Positions 36,472-43,922 of a stretch of 64,000 nt of DNA are shown one piece after another. The DNA comes from a virus. How positions within the stretch are numbered: position 1 is the first letter of the stretch; each line of letters opens with the position of its first letter. Below the pieces are notes generated by a model, which was not told the origin of the DNA, did no database searches, and saw nothing but the letters and a program-made list of their open reading frames with translations. The stretch lies in the IMG/VR virus record IMGVR_UViG_3300029774_000001, one strand, 5' to 3'. The position numbers were made by a program, and so were the translations under genes.

Positions 36472-36530
36472 AATCAAACGAAAAACTTTATGTTCATTTT
36501 TTGAGTATTAGTAGTTAATATCTAATTGAC

Positions 36531-36564
36531 AGCCAGCAGTTTGTGATAAATAGCTGGCTTTTAT
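36531..36564 (+). terminator. rho-independent terminator candidate
   Basis: Stem agccagc (36531..36537) / gctggct (36553..36559) followed by tttta. Confidence 0.45.
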
Positions 36565-36576
36565 TATATCCTTTTA

Positions 36577-36685
36577 TATGTTAATTATATGTTAAAAGCA
36601 CATAAGCACTTGCTTATGTCTAAATAAGGTCTTATATTTGCAATGTGATAAGAAAACGAAGTCAAACAAATAAAAACAAAAGATT
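36577..36685 (+). promoter_or_regulatory. promoter/operator/leader cassette copy 6
   Basis: 'tatatgttaattatatgttaaaa'; the best palindrome, 'acataagca ct tgcttatgt', within 36599..36620; -7 box TAtaTTTG at 36633..36640; leader 'gtcaaacaaataaaa' at 36661..36675. Confidence 0.65.
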
Positions 36686-36946
36686 ATGGCAAGCCCCAAA
36701 GTAAGACTGGAAGGAAAGAAAATCGCAGAAAAGGTGATGGAGTTTATGGACGAATATTCATTTGACCCTATCTATAAGGAGATAGGGAAGAACGGGGACG
36801 ACACCTATATCAGCGAGATACTGCGCTGCTTCCCTACAAGAAGAATAATAAACGATTTGGACGAACGCGGAGAACTCCATGAAGCATACAAGGAATATGT
36901 AGACATGAACGGAGTAACTCTCGTAAAGGACATAGCAAGAGAATGA
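36686..36946 (+). CDS. hypothetical protein
   Basis: 86-aa ORF directly after the cassette leader. Confidence 0.55.
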   Translation: MASPKVRLEGKKIAEKVMEFMDEYSFDPIYKEIGKNGDDTYISEILRCFPTRRIINDLDERGELHEAYKEYVDMNGVTLVKDIARE

Positions 36947-37090
36947 CAAACAAGGAAAAGCTCGAACTCGTATCGGAACTTTTCAAGATACCTTACCTGG
37001 CAAGTCCGGAAGAATACGGGGAAGCGATAGCGAAGGCAGCAAGGGAACAATATTACAGATAATCAATAACCAGCAAAAAAGCAGAACAAA

Positions 37091-37393
37091 ATGAAGACCT
37101 ATACAGTATATTTCAGTGAACCCGTAACAATAAAGTACAAGGGTGACAGATTCAACAAGGAATTGAAAAAGTGGGAACACGATGTGGACTGCGAAGAGAC
37201 AAGCCCTATGTTCACCTTCCATTCCCTGGCACCTGCAAAGAAGCTTATCAAGGAGAATATGGACAAGTACATAGATTCCATCATAACGAAAACATGGGCA
37301 AACGGTGACTGGGAGAACCTGGGTCCGATAAAGCTTGCCGGAAACAACAAGACTTTCGTCGCCAATACCCGTCAAAAGGTCGCAAATTATTAA
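37091..37393 (+). CDS. hypothetical protein
   Basis: 100-aa ORF. Confidence 0.55.
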   Translation: MKTYTVYFSEPVTIKYKGDRFNKELKKWEHDVDCEETSPMFTFHSLAPAKKLIKENMDKYIDSIITKTWANGDWENLGPIKLAGNNKTFVANTRQKVANY

Positions 37394-37484
37394 GAGCACG
37401 GAAAGAAGGGGTGAAAATCAAAGTAACCCCTATCTTTTTGATTTCCAATACAGATATTTTACAAAACTTAAAAATAAAAAGATT

Positions 37485-38408
37485 ATGGATAGAGAAGAAT
37501 TCCAGAAAAAGTACGATAACAGTATTCTGGTGTGCTGTACAGAAAACAGTATCAAGAAAGTATTCAATATTTGCGATTTAATGGACTTAACAGTCTCTAA
37601 ATCAAAACAGATTACTGCTGTATTGATAGGAGAACAAACAGCAAAAAGTCCATTGTTCCACGTGGAACAATTCCTCAGTGATTTCTACAGGGGGATAGAA
37701 GAAGGAGAAAGGAAAGAGACAAAGATGTTTGAACAGAGGATGAACAATGCCATATACAAGCTAAAGCAGAAGTACGGAGACACGTATATAATCAAGGGAA
37801 CCGATATGGCCACATTGATGTGCACAACGGAACTCGGCATGAATGCAGTCTATAAAGAGGGGGAAGATGTGATACTCATAGAAGAAAAGGGCAGCATACC
37901 ATGTGTAAGACATTCTGTAAGACAGTTTATTACTGACGTGATGTCCGGCATGATTGACGTACTGGACCCATTCATAAACAAGGAGACAACGATTGAAATA
38001 AAGGAAGAAGAAGACACGAAAAACATGATTAGTGAAACAATCTTCCATCTCACCCATACCCTAACAAAGCTCCTGCTTAAGGTATACGACACGGAAAGAA
38101 TGGTCTATTCAATTGGATTCGGAAACAAGGAAAGGGTAATGATAGACAAGGACGATTTCTATGTGTTCCGGAAAGCGGTGCGCCTCCTATATATATGCAA
38201 CAAGTGGGTAACGAAGGACAACGAGAAGCAATCCAAGGAACCGGATTTCAAGAAAGGAAACAAAATAATGTACACCATCAAGGACAGCAACGGCAACACA
38301 TACCCGGTAAGCAGACTGTCGGAAAGAGTGTATGAATCAAAGGAGCACAAGACCCTATTCATAATGGACGAAGAAGGGATAGTAACCGGGATATACAAGG
38401 AGAAATAA
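37485..38408 (+). CDS. hypothetical protein (307 aa)
   Basis: Track ORF 37335..38408. The start is moved to ATG 37485, preceded by the A-rich leader 'aaaataaaaagatt'. Confidence 0.55.
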   Translation: MDREEFQKKYDNSILVCCTENSIKKVFNICDLMDLTVSKSKQITAVLIGEQTAKSPLFHVEQFLSDFYRGIEEGERKETKMFEQRMNNAIYKLKQKYGDTYIIKGTDMATLMCTTELGMNAVYKEGEDVILIEEKGSIPCVRHSVRQFITDVMSGMIDVLDPFINKETTIEIKEEEDTKNMISETIFHLTHTLTKLLLKVYDTERMVYSIGFGNKERVMIDKDDFYVFRKAVRLLYICNKWVTKDNEKQSKEPDFKKGNKIMYTIKDSNGNTYPVSRLSERVYESKEHKTLFIMDEEGIVTGIYKEK

Positions 38409-38728
38409 AAAGAGAAAACACCCTCCACGACACCCTACAGACCATATTTTATTATTAACCCGTTATACATTTGTTACAATGGTAATAGGGTGTCAAAAGA
38501 GGGTATAAAACAATGATAAGAAGAACCGGAAAGGGACAGACCCTTTGGCATAAAGGAAAAGGGTTGTTATGTCCGACCCCTACAACATGATTATAAACCG
38601 TCAACCTATAATTGTTAATTTGCAAAAGAAAGGGAAAGGACATATGGAAAGCCGATATGGCGTAGGGAACAGTCCTGGAACGGTTCTTGTATCATTGTAA
38701 AACGTGGAACAATCATAAAAATAACATC

Positions 38729-39133
38729 ATGAAAAGAGAAAAGGAATTCAAGGAGTATCTGAAAGACAAGCGCATAGACCTAACGTCTTGCATAAGGACA
38801 TATGAGGACTACAATCTGAGAATAACAGAAGTATTGGATGCACTGGAAGAACTGGGAATGTCGTACCAAGCAGCATCAAACGTGGTAGACGGAAATATAG
38901 AAGTCCTTGTTATTCAGATATCGAACTGGGGAAAGGACACGGAAACGATAGACTATGATACATTCGTAGAGAAGTACAGGGAATATGACAAGGAATATGA
39001 ACCGGAACACTATATAAAGAGCGAAAACGGCAATATGGTACGTGTAGAACTGGTATGTGTCAGTGCAGGAAAGGACATTGTGATAACATGGAAGGATGCG
39101 GAGACCGGGAAGACATACAAGACAACGGAATAA
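38729..39133 (+). CDS. hypothetical protein
   Basis: Track ORF 38687..39133 (TTG start). The first ATG, at 38729 (MKREKE), is preferred. Confidence 0.55.
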   Translation: MKREKEFKEYLKDKRIDLTSCIRTYEDYNLRITEVLDALEELGMSYQAASNVVDGNIEVLVIQISNWGKDTETIDYDTFVEKYREYDKEYEPEHYIKSENGNMVRVELVCVSAGKDIVITWKDAETGKTYKTTE

Positions 39134-39160
39134 CTCTAATATATTAAAAGACAAAAGATT

Positions 39161-39646
39161 ATGGAAAAGGATTTGAGAAACAACGTCAAGTTTATTTTGT
39201 TCTGTACGGAGTGTTTGCAGGCAGGCGTGGTAATGACACCTAAAGAATATGAAGTGGCATTCATGGCGGCAGAAAAGTTTGAAGGATTCGACAACAAGGC
39301 ATTCGAGAACATGAAGCCGGAACAGTTTGCACCCCGTATGAATGCTATGTTGCAAGCTATGTCAAAGCGGAAACAAATCATTGAAGGATTGACATTTAAT
39401 CTACTGACAAAACGTAATCTCGACGAGCTGGCAAACAATGAAAACCTTGTGGAGGAAGTGATGAAAGCAAAACACGTAGCGGCAGCAATGGCAGACGAGA
39501 TGCTGGAACCGGACGAGAAACTGGAAAAGGTTGTGGAGGACGGACGACGTGTAATCGAGCATTTCATTGACCAATGGAAGAGCACCCCTAAAGAAGAAGA
39601 GAAGAAGGAATACGAGCCGGAAAGTGACGCGGAAATCGTGGAATAA
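39161..39646 (+). CDS. hypothetical protein
   Basis: 161-aa ORF preceded by 'aaaagacaaaagatt'. Confidence 0.55.
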   Translation: MEKDLRNNVKFILFCTECLQAGVVMTPKEYEVAFMAAEKFEGFDNKAFENMKPEQFAPRMNAMLQAMSKRKQIIEGLTFNLLTKRNLDELANNENLVEEVMKAKHVAAAMADEMLEPDEKLEKVVEDGRRVIEHFIDQWKSTPKEEEKKEYEPESDAEIVE

Positions 39647-39673
39647 TCTTTCCGTATACTTATTATTTTCACA

Positions 39674-39697
39674 AAAGCCCCGAAATGGGGCTTTATT
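39674..39697 (+). terminator. rho-independent terminator
   Basis: Stem aaagcccc (39674..39681) / ggggcttt (39687..39694), loop gaaat, then att. Confidence 0.55.
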
Positions 39698-39708
39698 ATC
39701 AATCAGTT

Positions 39709-39942
39709 ATGGACAAGTCGAAATTAAAAGAAGCAAATAGGTTGCACAATAAAATCGAATATTTGAAAGACCAATTAGAACGAATTTCCAGGTTTGAGAT
39801 GGAGGGAAAGATACAAATAACGAACTCCTACGATTCCTATTTCTACATTGACGAGGATATAGTGAAAACCTATTTCCCGATGATAAAAGAAAGCATGAAG
39901 AAGAAATTGGAGGAGTACGAGCGATTATTTTCAGAACTTTAG
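39709..39942 (+). CDS. hypothetical coiled-coil protein
   Basis: Track ORF 39685..39942 starts inside the terminator hairpin. ATG 39709 (MDKSKLKE) is preferred. Confidence 0.5.
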   Translation: MDKSKLKEANRLHNKIEYLKDQLERISRFEMEGKIQITNSYDSYFYIDEDIVKTYFPMIKESMKKKLEEYERLFSEL

Positions 39943-39975
39943 CTCGTTTTGAGATAAAAACACTATCTTTGTTGA

Positions 39976-40099
39976 CGTGATAGATAACTGGTAGGGTTGT
40001 ATCACGTTGTATTTAAAGGTTAACAAAGGCGGTAGGGGTTGCAAGTCTGTTATGGCTGGGGGTGAAAGCCTGGTTCAGATAGCTGCAACCCCTATTTTT
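39976..40099 (+). promoter_or_regulatory. structured leader with terminator-like hairpin upstream of the endolysin gene
   Basis: Hairpin 1: cgtgata (39976..39982) / tatcacg (40000..40006). Hairpin 2: aggggttgca (40034..40043) / tgcaacccct (40084..40093) followed by attttt. A possible -7 box TAtcTTTG sits at 39964..39971. Confidence 0.45.
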
Positions 40100-40118
40100 A
40101 TTCAAATTTTGTATCATT

Positions 40119-40586
40119 ATGGAAAGAAAAGAGATTATTGGAAGACTGGGAAAGTATTTCACGCTTCCCGAACTTGTATGCCCCCACGTATACGGCAAGT
40201 ATTCAGAATCGCAGATATGGAGCTTTTTCACGACCGAGGCACTGAAAACGCTTCTTGTATTGAGAGAAGAAATCCTATGCAAACCCTTCATTATCAACAA
40301 CTGGAAGAACGGAGGCAGCTATTCCCAGCGTGGTTTGCGGTGTAATGTATGCGTTCTGTGTAAGGAAAAGACAATGCTTGAAAAGCCGTATATGAGCGCG
40401 CACACATTAGGTCGCGCATTTGACGTTACTGTGTCCGGTATGGAAGCGGAAGCGGCACGGAAAATCATTGTGGACGATTCCGACAAGCTTCCTTATCCTA
40501 TCAGACTGGAAGATGGTGTTAATTGGCTGCATGTAGACACTATGGACCTATGCAACGGCAAGAAAGTGACGCTATTTAATGCGTAA
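40119..40586 (+). CDS. peptidase M15 (VanY/L-Ala-D-Glu peptidase-like) endolysin
   Basis: 'YFTLPELVC', 'SQRGLRC' and 'SAHTLGRAFDV' (SxHxxGxAxD zinc-ligand motif); 155 aa. Confidence 0.7.
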   Translation: MERKEIIGRLGKYFTLPELVCPHVYGKYSESQIWSFFTTEALKTLLVLREEILCKPFIINNWKNGGSYSQRGLRCNVCVLCKEKTMLEKPYMSAHTLGRAFDVTVSGMEAEAARKIIVDDSDKLPYPIRLEDGVNWLHVDTMDLCNGKKVTLFNA

Positions 40587-40845
40587 ATATATTTTACTAT
40601 ATTCAGAAAGTATTCTCCCTTATAGGGCAATCGATACTACAGTATGCTGTAGCCGCGATTTTGCAAATTTCGTATTTTTATCATTTGTAAATTTAAATTG
40701 AAATAATTATGTATCCTACTAAAATAAATATAGCAAACAGCAGTAGAAGAATTCGTTTGTCCCTATCCTTTGATGGATGAAGACGAAATCAACGGTTCCG
40801 GTGACTGGAAAAGTGAAGAAGGGGTAATTTGATTGTTTTCGGGAT

Positions 40846-40886
40846 GCCGGGAATTTCGGGTGTTTTGTCCGGTTCCCGGTTTTTCA
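40846..40886 (+). terminator. hairpin plus U-run
   Basis: ccgggaa ... ttcccgg arms followed by ttttt, inside a ~430-nt ORF-free region. Confidence 0.4.
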
Positions 40887-41007
40887 TTTTCCTTATTTTA
40901 TTGTACACCGAAAAACAACACAATTTTCAGAGTTAGTGTTAACTGTCTGATAATCACATACCATTTTCTTCTATTTCTAAAAAATATAATGTCACTGAAA
41001 GAAAGGT

Positions 41008-41118
41008 TATGTTAATCTTATGTTAAAACGACATAAGCACTTGCGTATGTCTGATTAAGTACCTATATTTGCAATGTGATAAGGAAACAAGGTCAAACAA
41101 ATTAAAAGAAATAAGGTT
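41008..41118 (+). promoter_or_regulatory. promoter/operator/leader cassette copy 7
   Basis: 'ttatgttaatcttatgttaaaac'; palindrome at 41030..41051; -7 box TAtaTTTG at 41064..41071; leader 'gtcaaacaaattaaa' at 41092..41106. Confidence 0.65.
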
Positions 41119-41343
41119 ATGAAAGCAGAATTTTACAAGGTGAGAGGTACGGAAATGGAAGAGATGATGAAGAGAGGTAATAACAACGAAATCTCCTCTA
41201 TGATTTCCAAGAAACAACAAGCACTTGCCGAGGCACTTGAAAATGTGGAGTTCTATAAGTCTATCGGGAATATGGAGTTTGCATCCAACGAGCAAAGCCG
41301 CGCTAATCTCCTTCAAAGACAACTCGAAATGTTGAACAAATAA
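41119..41343 (+). CDS. hypothetical protein
   Basis: 74-aa ORF directly after the cassette leader. Confidence 0.55.
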   Translation: MKAEFYKVRGTEMEEMMKRGNNNEISSMISKKQQALAEALENVEFYKSIGNMEFASNEQSRANLLQRQLEMLNK

Positions 41344-41356
41344 AAATTAAAGAAAT

Positions 41357-41533
41357 ATGAAACTTTTGGAAATACACAAAAACGGAATTAACGCCAATAA
41401 CAAAACAGTAAGTTACTACGGTTTGGATTATGAGAAAAAGAAAGTGCTGTTTGAAGTAAAGACACTGGAAGAAGCCATTGAGAAGGGGTCTTGTCTTGGC
41501 TATAAAAACGGTGAAATAGTAATAATGTTCTAA
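41357..41533 (+). CDS. hypothetical small protein (58 aa)
   Basis: Hand-translated (MKLLEIHKNGINANNKTVSYYGLDYEKKK...GEIVIMF). Confidence 0.45.
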   Translation: MKLLEIHKNGINANNKTVSYYGLDYEKKKVLFEVKTLEEAIEKGSCLGYKNGEIVIMF

Positions 41534-41542
41534 ATTTAATCC

Positions 41543-41560
41543 GGTAGCCTTCGGGCTACC
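41543..41560 (+). other. stable UUCG-tetraloop hairpin
   Basis: ggtagcc ttcg ggctacc, 10 nt after the stop of the small ORF, with no U-run. Confidence 0.5.
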
Positions 41561-41575
41561 ACAATATACACAGTT

Positions 41576-41821
41576 ATGAAAGCAATTGTAGAAAACCCGT
41601 TGAATGCCTATCATTCACCAACAGCAATCTCTATTTATGTCAATATACTTAACGAAATTACCGAATGTAATGACGAAAAAGAATTAAGAAAGGCAATGAA
41701 ATTCATTTCTGCGAATTACCCGATTACATTCAATTCTCTTTTTGATTACGGTTTCGGTTCCAACCATATGTGGGTCAGTGAGAAGGAAAGCGGTAAACGT
41801 CTTATTCTTGTTGAATTCTAA
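41576..41821 (+). CDS. hypothetical protein
   Basis: 81-aa ORF. Confidence 0.55.
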   Translation: MKAIVENPLNAYHSPTAISIYVNILNEITECNDEKELRKAMKFISANYPITFNSLFDYGFGSNHMWVSEKESGKRLILVEF

Positions 41822-41833
41822 AAATTTTACATT

Positions 41834-42016
41834 ATGAAAAAACAGCTTATAAATTTCTTCAACGGCCGTTTCGGCAAGAAAATATTGAAAGCCAAATATC
41901 GTGAATGGTGGGTACGTTTCTGGTACGGAGTAGGAGCAATCGTTTGCACTTTCCTATTCTTTGGAATGATACAGTTTATGTCCTGGATTTCTGATTTGAT
42001 TAATTATGTTTTCTAA
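41834..42016 (+). CDS. hypothetical small membrane protein
   Basis: 60-aa ORF with the hydrophobic segment 'GVGAIVCTFLFFGMIQFMSWI'. Confidence 0.5.
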   Translation: MKKQLINFFNGRFGKKILKAKYREWWVRFWYGVGAIVCTFLFFGMIQFMSWISDLINYVF

Positions 42017-42035
42017 TAAAAAATATTTTACAATT

Positions 42036-42710
42036 ATGAAAAAGGTATTATGTGACAAAGACGGGAAATTTATTTCCATACATGATAGTGATTACTATTT
42101 AATGGAGCTTAACGACGGCGATTGTCTGACGCATGAAGACGGTACGATAGTGATATACAAGGAAAGTGAAGAAGACCCGTTGCTGGAAAACATGTACTTC
42201 CATGCCTATTATAAAAACGGCAGACTTCATCTTTCAAAAAGAGCTTCTTCCTTTTATGATTATGTCAGTTGTGGATACAGATTCTCTACAGAAGAAGAAA
42301 AGAAGCGTATAAACAACGCTCTTTCTGAAAATGAGTTATACTATGACGAGAAAGAGAAATGCCTTAAAAAGCTTCGTTGGCGTGCTGTAATAGGTAATCA
42401 TTATTACAGTATCAATTTTGATTCTTTTACAATCTTCCAAGCTACGGAAACGGACGAATCGATAGACAATTCGCGATACAAGAACCTTACTATTTCCAGA
42501 CAAAGGAAGAAGCGGAAAAGAAACTGTTTGAGATTAAAGCGGCTCTCAATGATTAAGAAGGAGTGTTACGTGTGGGTCGGACATATTGTCGAATACCAGG
42601 GAATGACGTTACGAAAAGTCCGACCGGGCAAATACGTAATCATTTCTCCGTGTTCCCTGGTTTCTCGACCCGTCTATATTGACAGGAACGAAAATTTGCA
42701 CGTTCTTTAG
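42036..42710 (+). CDS. hypothetical protein; the continuous ORF is probably two genes joined by a frame problem (see findings)
   Basis: Track ORF 42006..42710 with ATG 42036 preferred. After about 42485 the annotated frame turns into a poly-basic stretch, while the adjacent frame reads 'YYFQTKEEAEKKLFEIKAALND*' (stop at 42554..42556). ATG 42549 starts a 53-aa ORF in the annotated frame. Confidence 0.4.
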   Translation: MKKVLCDKDGKFISIHDSDYYLMELNDGDCLTHEDGTIVIYKESEEDPLLENMYFHAYYKNGRLHLSKRASSFYDYVSCGYRFSTEEEKKRINNALSENELYYDEKEKCLKKLRWRAVIGNHYYSINFDSFTIFQATETDESIDNSRYKNLTISRQRKKRKRNCLRLKRLSMIKKECYVWVGHIVEYQGMTLRKVRPGKYVIISPCSLVSRPVYIDRNENLHVL

Positions 42711-42747
42711 TATCAATTATTTGTTTTATTTTTATATATTTGCAGCT

Positions 42748-43050
42748 ATGGTAACAGCGATTTTTGTGTGTTTGATTGTTCTTACGGTAGTCCTTATCAC
42801 TCTCCTTTTGTGGTGCATAGGGGCGGTTACGGGAATTCAGAAAAGAATGAATGTTCTTCTTTATACGGTCTCCTATATAGACCTTATCCAAAGAAAGCGG
42901 TTCATCCGGTATCTGGACCAGCTTTCCAGGAAGATGAGCTGTAATGAGGACGAGATGGAGGACAATCAGAAACAATTCCTATTCCATTTAAGCCAGGAAT
43001 TGACGAGCGAAATAAAAAGGATGGAAGACGATTATAAAGACTTGATATGA
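42748..43050 (+). CDS. hypothetical membrane protein
   Basis: Track ORF 42679..43050. ATG 42748 lies 6 nt after a TAtaTTTG box (42735..42742). N-terminal TM 'AIFVCLIVLTVVLITLLLWCIGAV'. Confidence 0.5.
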   Translation: MVTAIFVCLIVLTVVLITLLLWCIGAVTGIQKRMNVLLYTVSYIDLIQRKRFIRYLDQLSRKMSCNEDEMEDNQKQFLFHLSQELTSEIKRMEDDYKDLI

Positions 43051-43448
43051 GCAAAAAGAATGAATTCACATACGACGGGGGAAGCATGTACATAGATTGG
43101 CTTTGTTATTCCAACAAGCTTATTTTGCTTCGTGACAGCCACATTATAAGCGGTGAGGACAGAACGTCTGTTGCCCGTGCCCTAAAATGCAAGACTGGTG
43201 ATATCCTTTGTCTTGTGCTGGGACAGAACATCAGCTATTTCGGATATAGCAAGCTGATTGAGGATATGGGGGGACGGACAACGGAAAGTATCGTAAAGTC
43301 CGAGAACCCGGTATTTTCTTCCGTCTACTGGACTGGCGACAAGAAAGCGGCTATCACATCACACACTATTTTCATTCCCTGGAAAGAACTTAAGGAGATT
43401 ATCAAGGAATGGGACTATCCGACATACTTTCATCCCGACATAGTTTAG
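43047..43448 (+). CDS. hypothetical protein
   Basis: 133-aa ORF with an ATGA overlap. Confidence 0.55.
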   Translation: MSKKNEFTYDGGSMYIDWLCYSNKLILLRDSHIISGEDRTSVARALKCKTGDILCLVLGQNISYFGYSKLIEDMGGRTTESIVKSENPVFSSVYWTGDKKAAITSHTIFIPWKELKEIIKEWDYPTYFHPDIV

Positions 43449-43542
43449 AACCTTCTTTCTCTAAATTTTATATATATTTGTTTGACTGACACCCGGTTAC
43501 GCTCTTCGTGAAAGAATGTTTCTGGGTGTTTTCTTTGTGGTT

Positions 43543-43656
43543 ATATGTTAAAATAGTGTTAAAATGACATACGCAGTTGCTTATGTCCAAATAAGTCCTT
43601 ATATTTGCAATGTCTTCTTAAGGGAGGCGGTTAATTAAGTCAAACAAATAAAGATT
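43543..43656 (+). promoter_or_regulatory. promoter/operator/leader cassette copy 8
   Basis: 'ttatatgttaaaatagtgttaaaa'; palindrome 'gacatacgcagttgcttatgtc' at 43566..43587; -7 box TAtaTTTG at 43600..43607; 'gtcttcttaagggaggc'; leader 'gtcaaacaaataaag' at 43639..43653. Confidence 0.65.
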
Positions 43657-43887
43657 ATGGAAAAGGAAGTTAAAGTAGTAAGAGGTTTTACAGTCAGCAT
43701 GGGTGATGATTATGTAGAATTTTTCAATAATATCGAGGACGCAAAGAACAATTACGAAATGATGAAAGAACGTTTTGTTGGCGTCCATCTCTATTATGCC
43801 AAGAAATCTTATAACACTAAAGGTTATCCAAACGTGAACATCTCTTTGGTGGAAATTTACCGTAACAATTACGGTCTTCCCTATTAA
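43657..43887 (+). CDS. hypothetical protein
   Basis: 76-aa ORF directly after the cassette leader. Confidence 0.55.
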   Translation: MEKEVKVVRGFTVSMGDDYVEFFNNIEDAKNNYEMMKERFVGVHLYYAKKSYNTKGYPNVNISLVEIYRNNYGLPY

Positions 43888-43922
43888 TCTACAATTGTCA
43901 AACAAATAAAATTTTGAAAATC

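Noticed and set aside
39136-39702. 188-aa minus-strand ORF (similar long antisense ORFs occur at 22983-23537, 59260-59865, 49776-50339, 62314-62631 and 63395-63823)
   Set aside because: All are antisense to Glu/Lys-rich + strand genes and translate to Ser/Phe/Leu-rich low-complexity sequence. That is the expected mirror image of GAA/AAG-rich coding DNA.
40034-40093. tRNA or tRNA-like gene (GGTTCAGAT resembles a T-loop)
   Set aside because: It is only 60 nt, no cloverleaf can be drawn (the T-stem arms are not complementary), and there are no D-arm or anticodon arm equivalents. It is better described as a long hairpin/terminator.
40007-40345. 112-aa + strand ORF overlapping the endolysin start
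   Set aside because: It starts at a non-ATG codon inside the structured leader, runs out of frame across the well-supported M15 peptidase gene, and has no motif.
43473-43540. Small RNA gene: a TAtaTTTG box (43473-43480) followed ~45 nt later by the hairpin acaccc...gggtgt plus TTTTC
   Set aside because: There is no -33 element at the right distance, the stem is short with a large loop, and it sits immediately upstream of cassette copy 8. Evidence is too thin without transcript data.
8027-43656. The eight repeated cassettes as a CRISPR array or MITE-like transposon copies
   Set aside because: Copies are kilobases apart with genes between them, are all in one orientation, and have no terminal inverted repeats or target-site duplications. 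Their internal -33/-7 geometry fits promoters.
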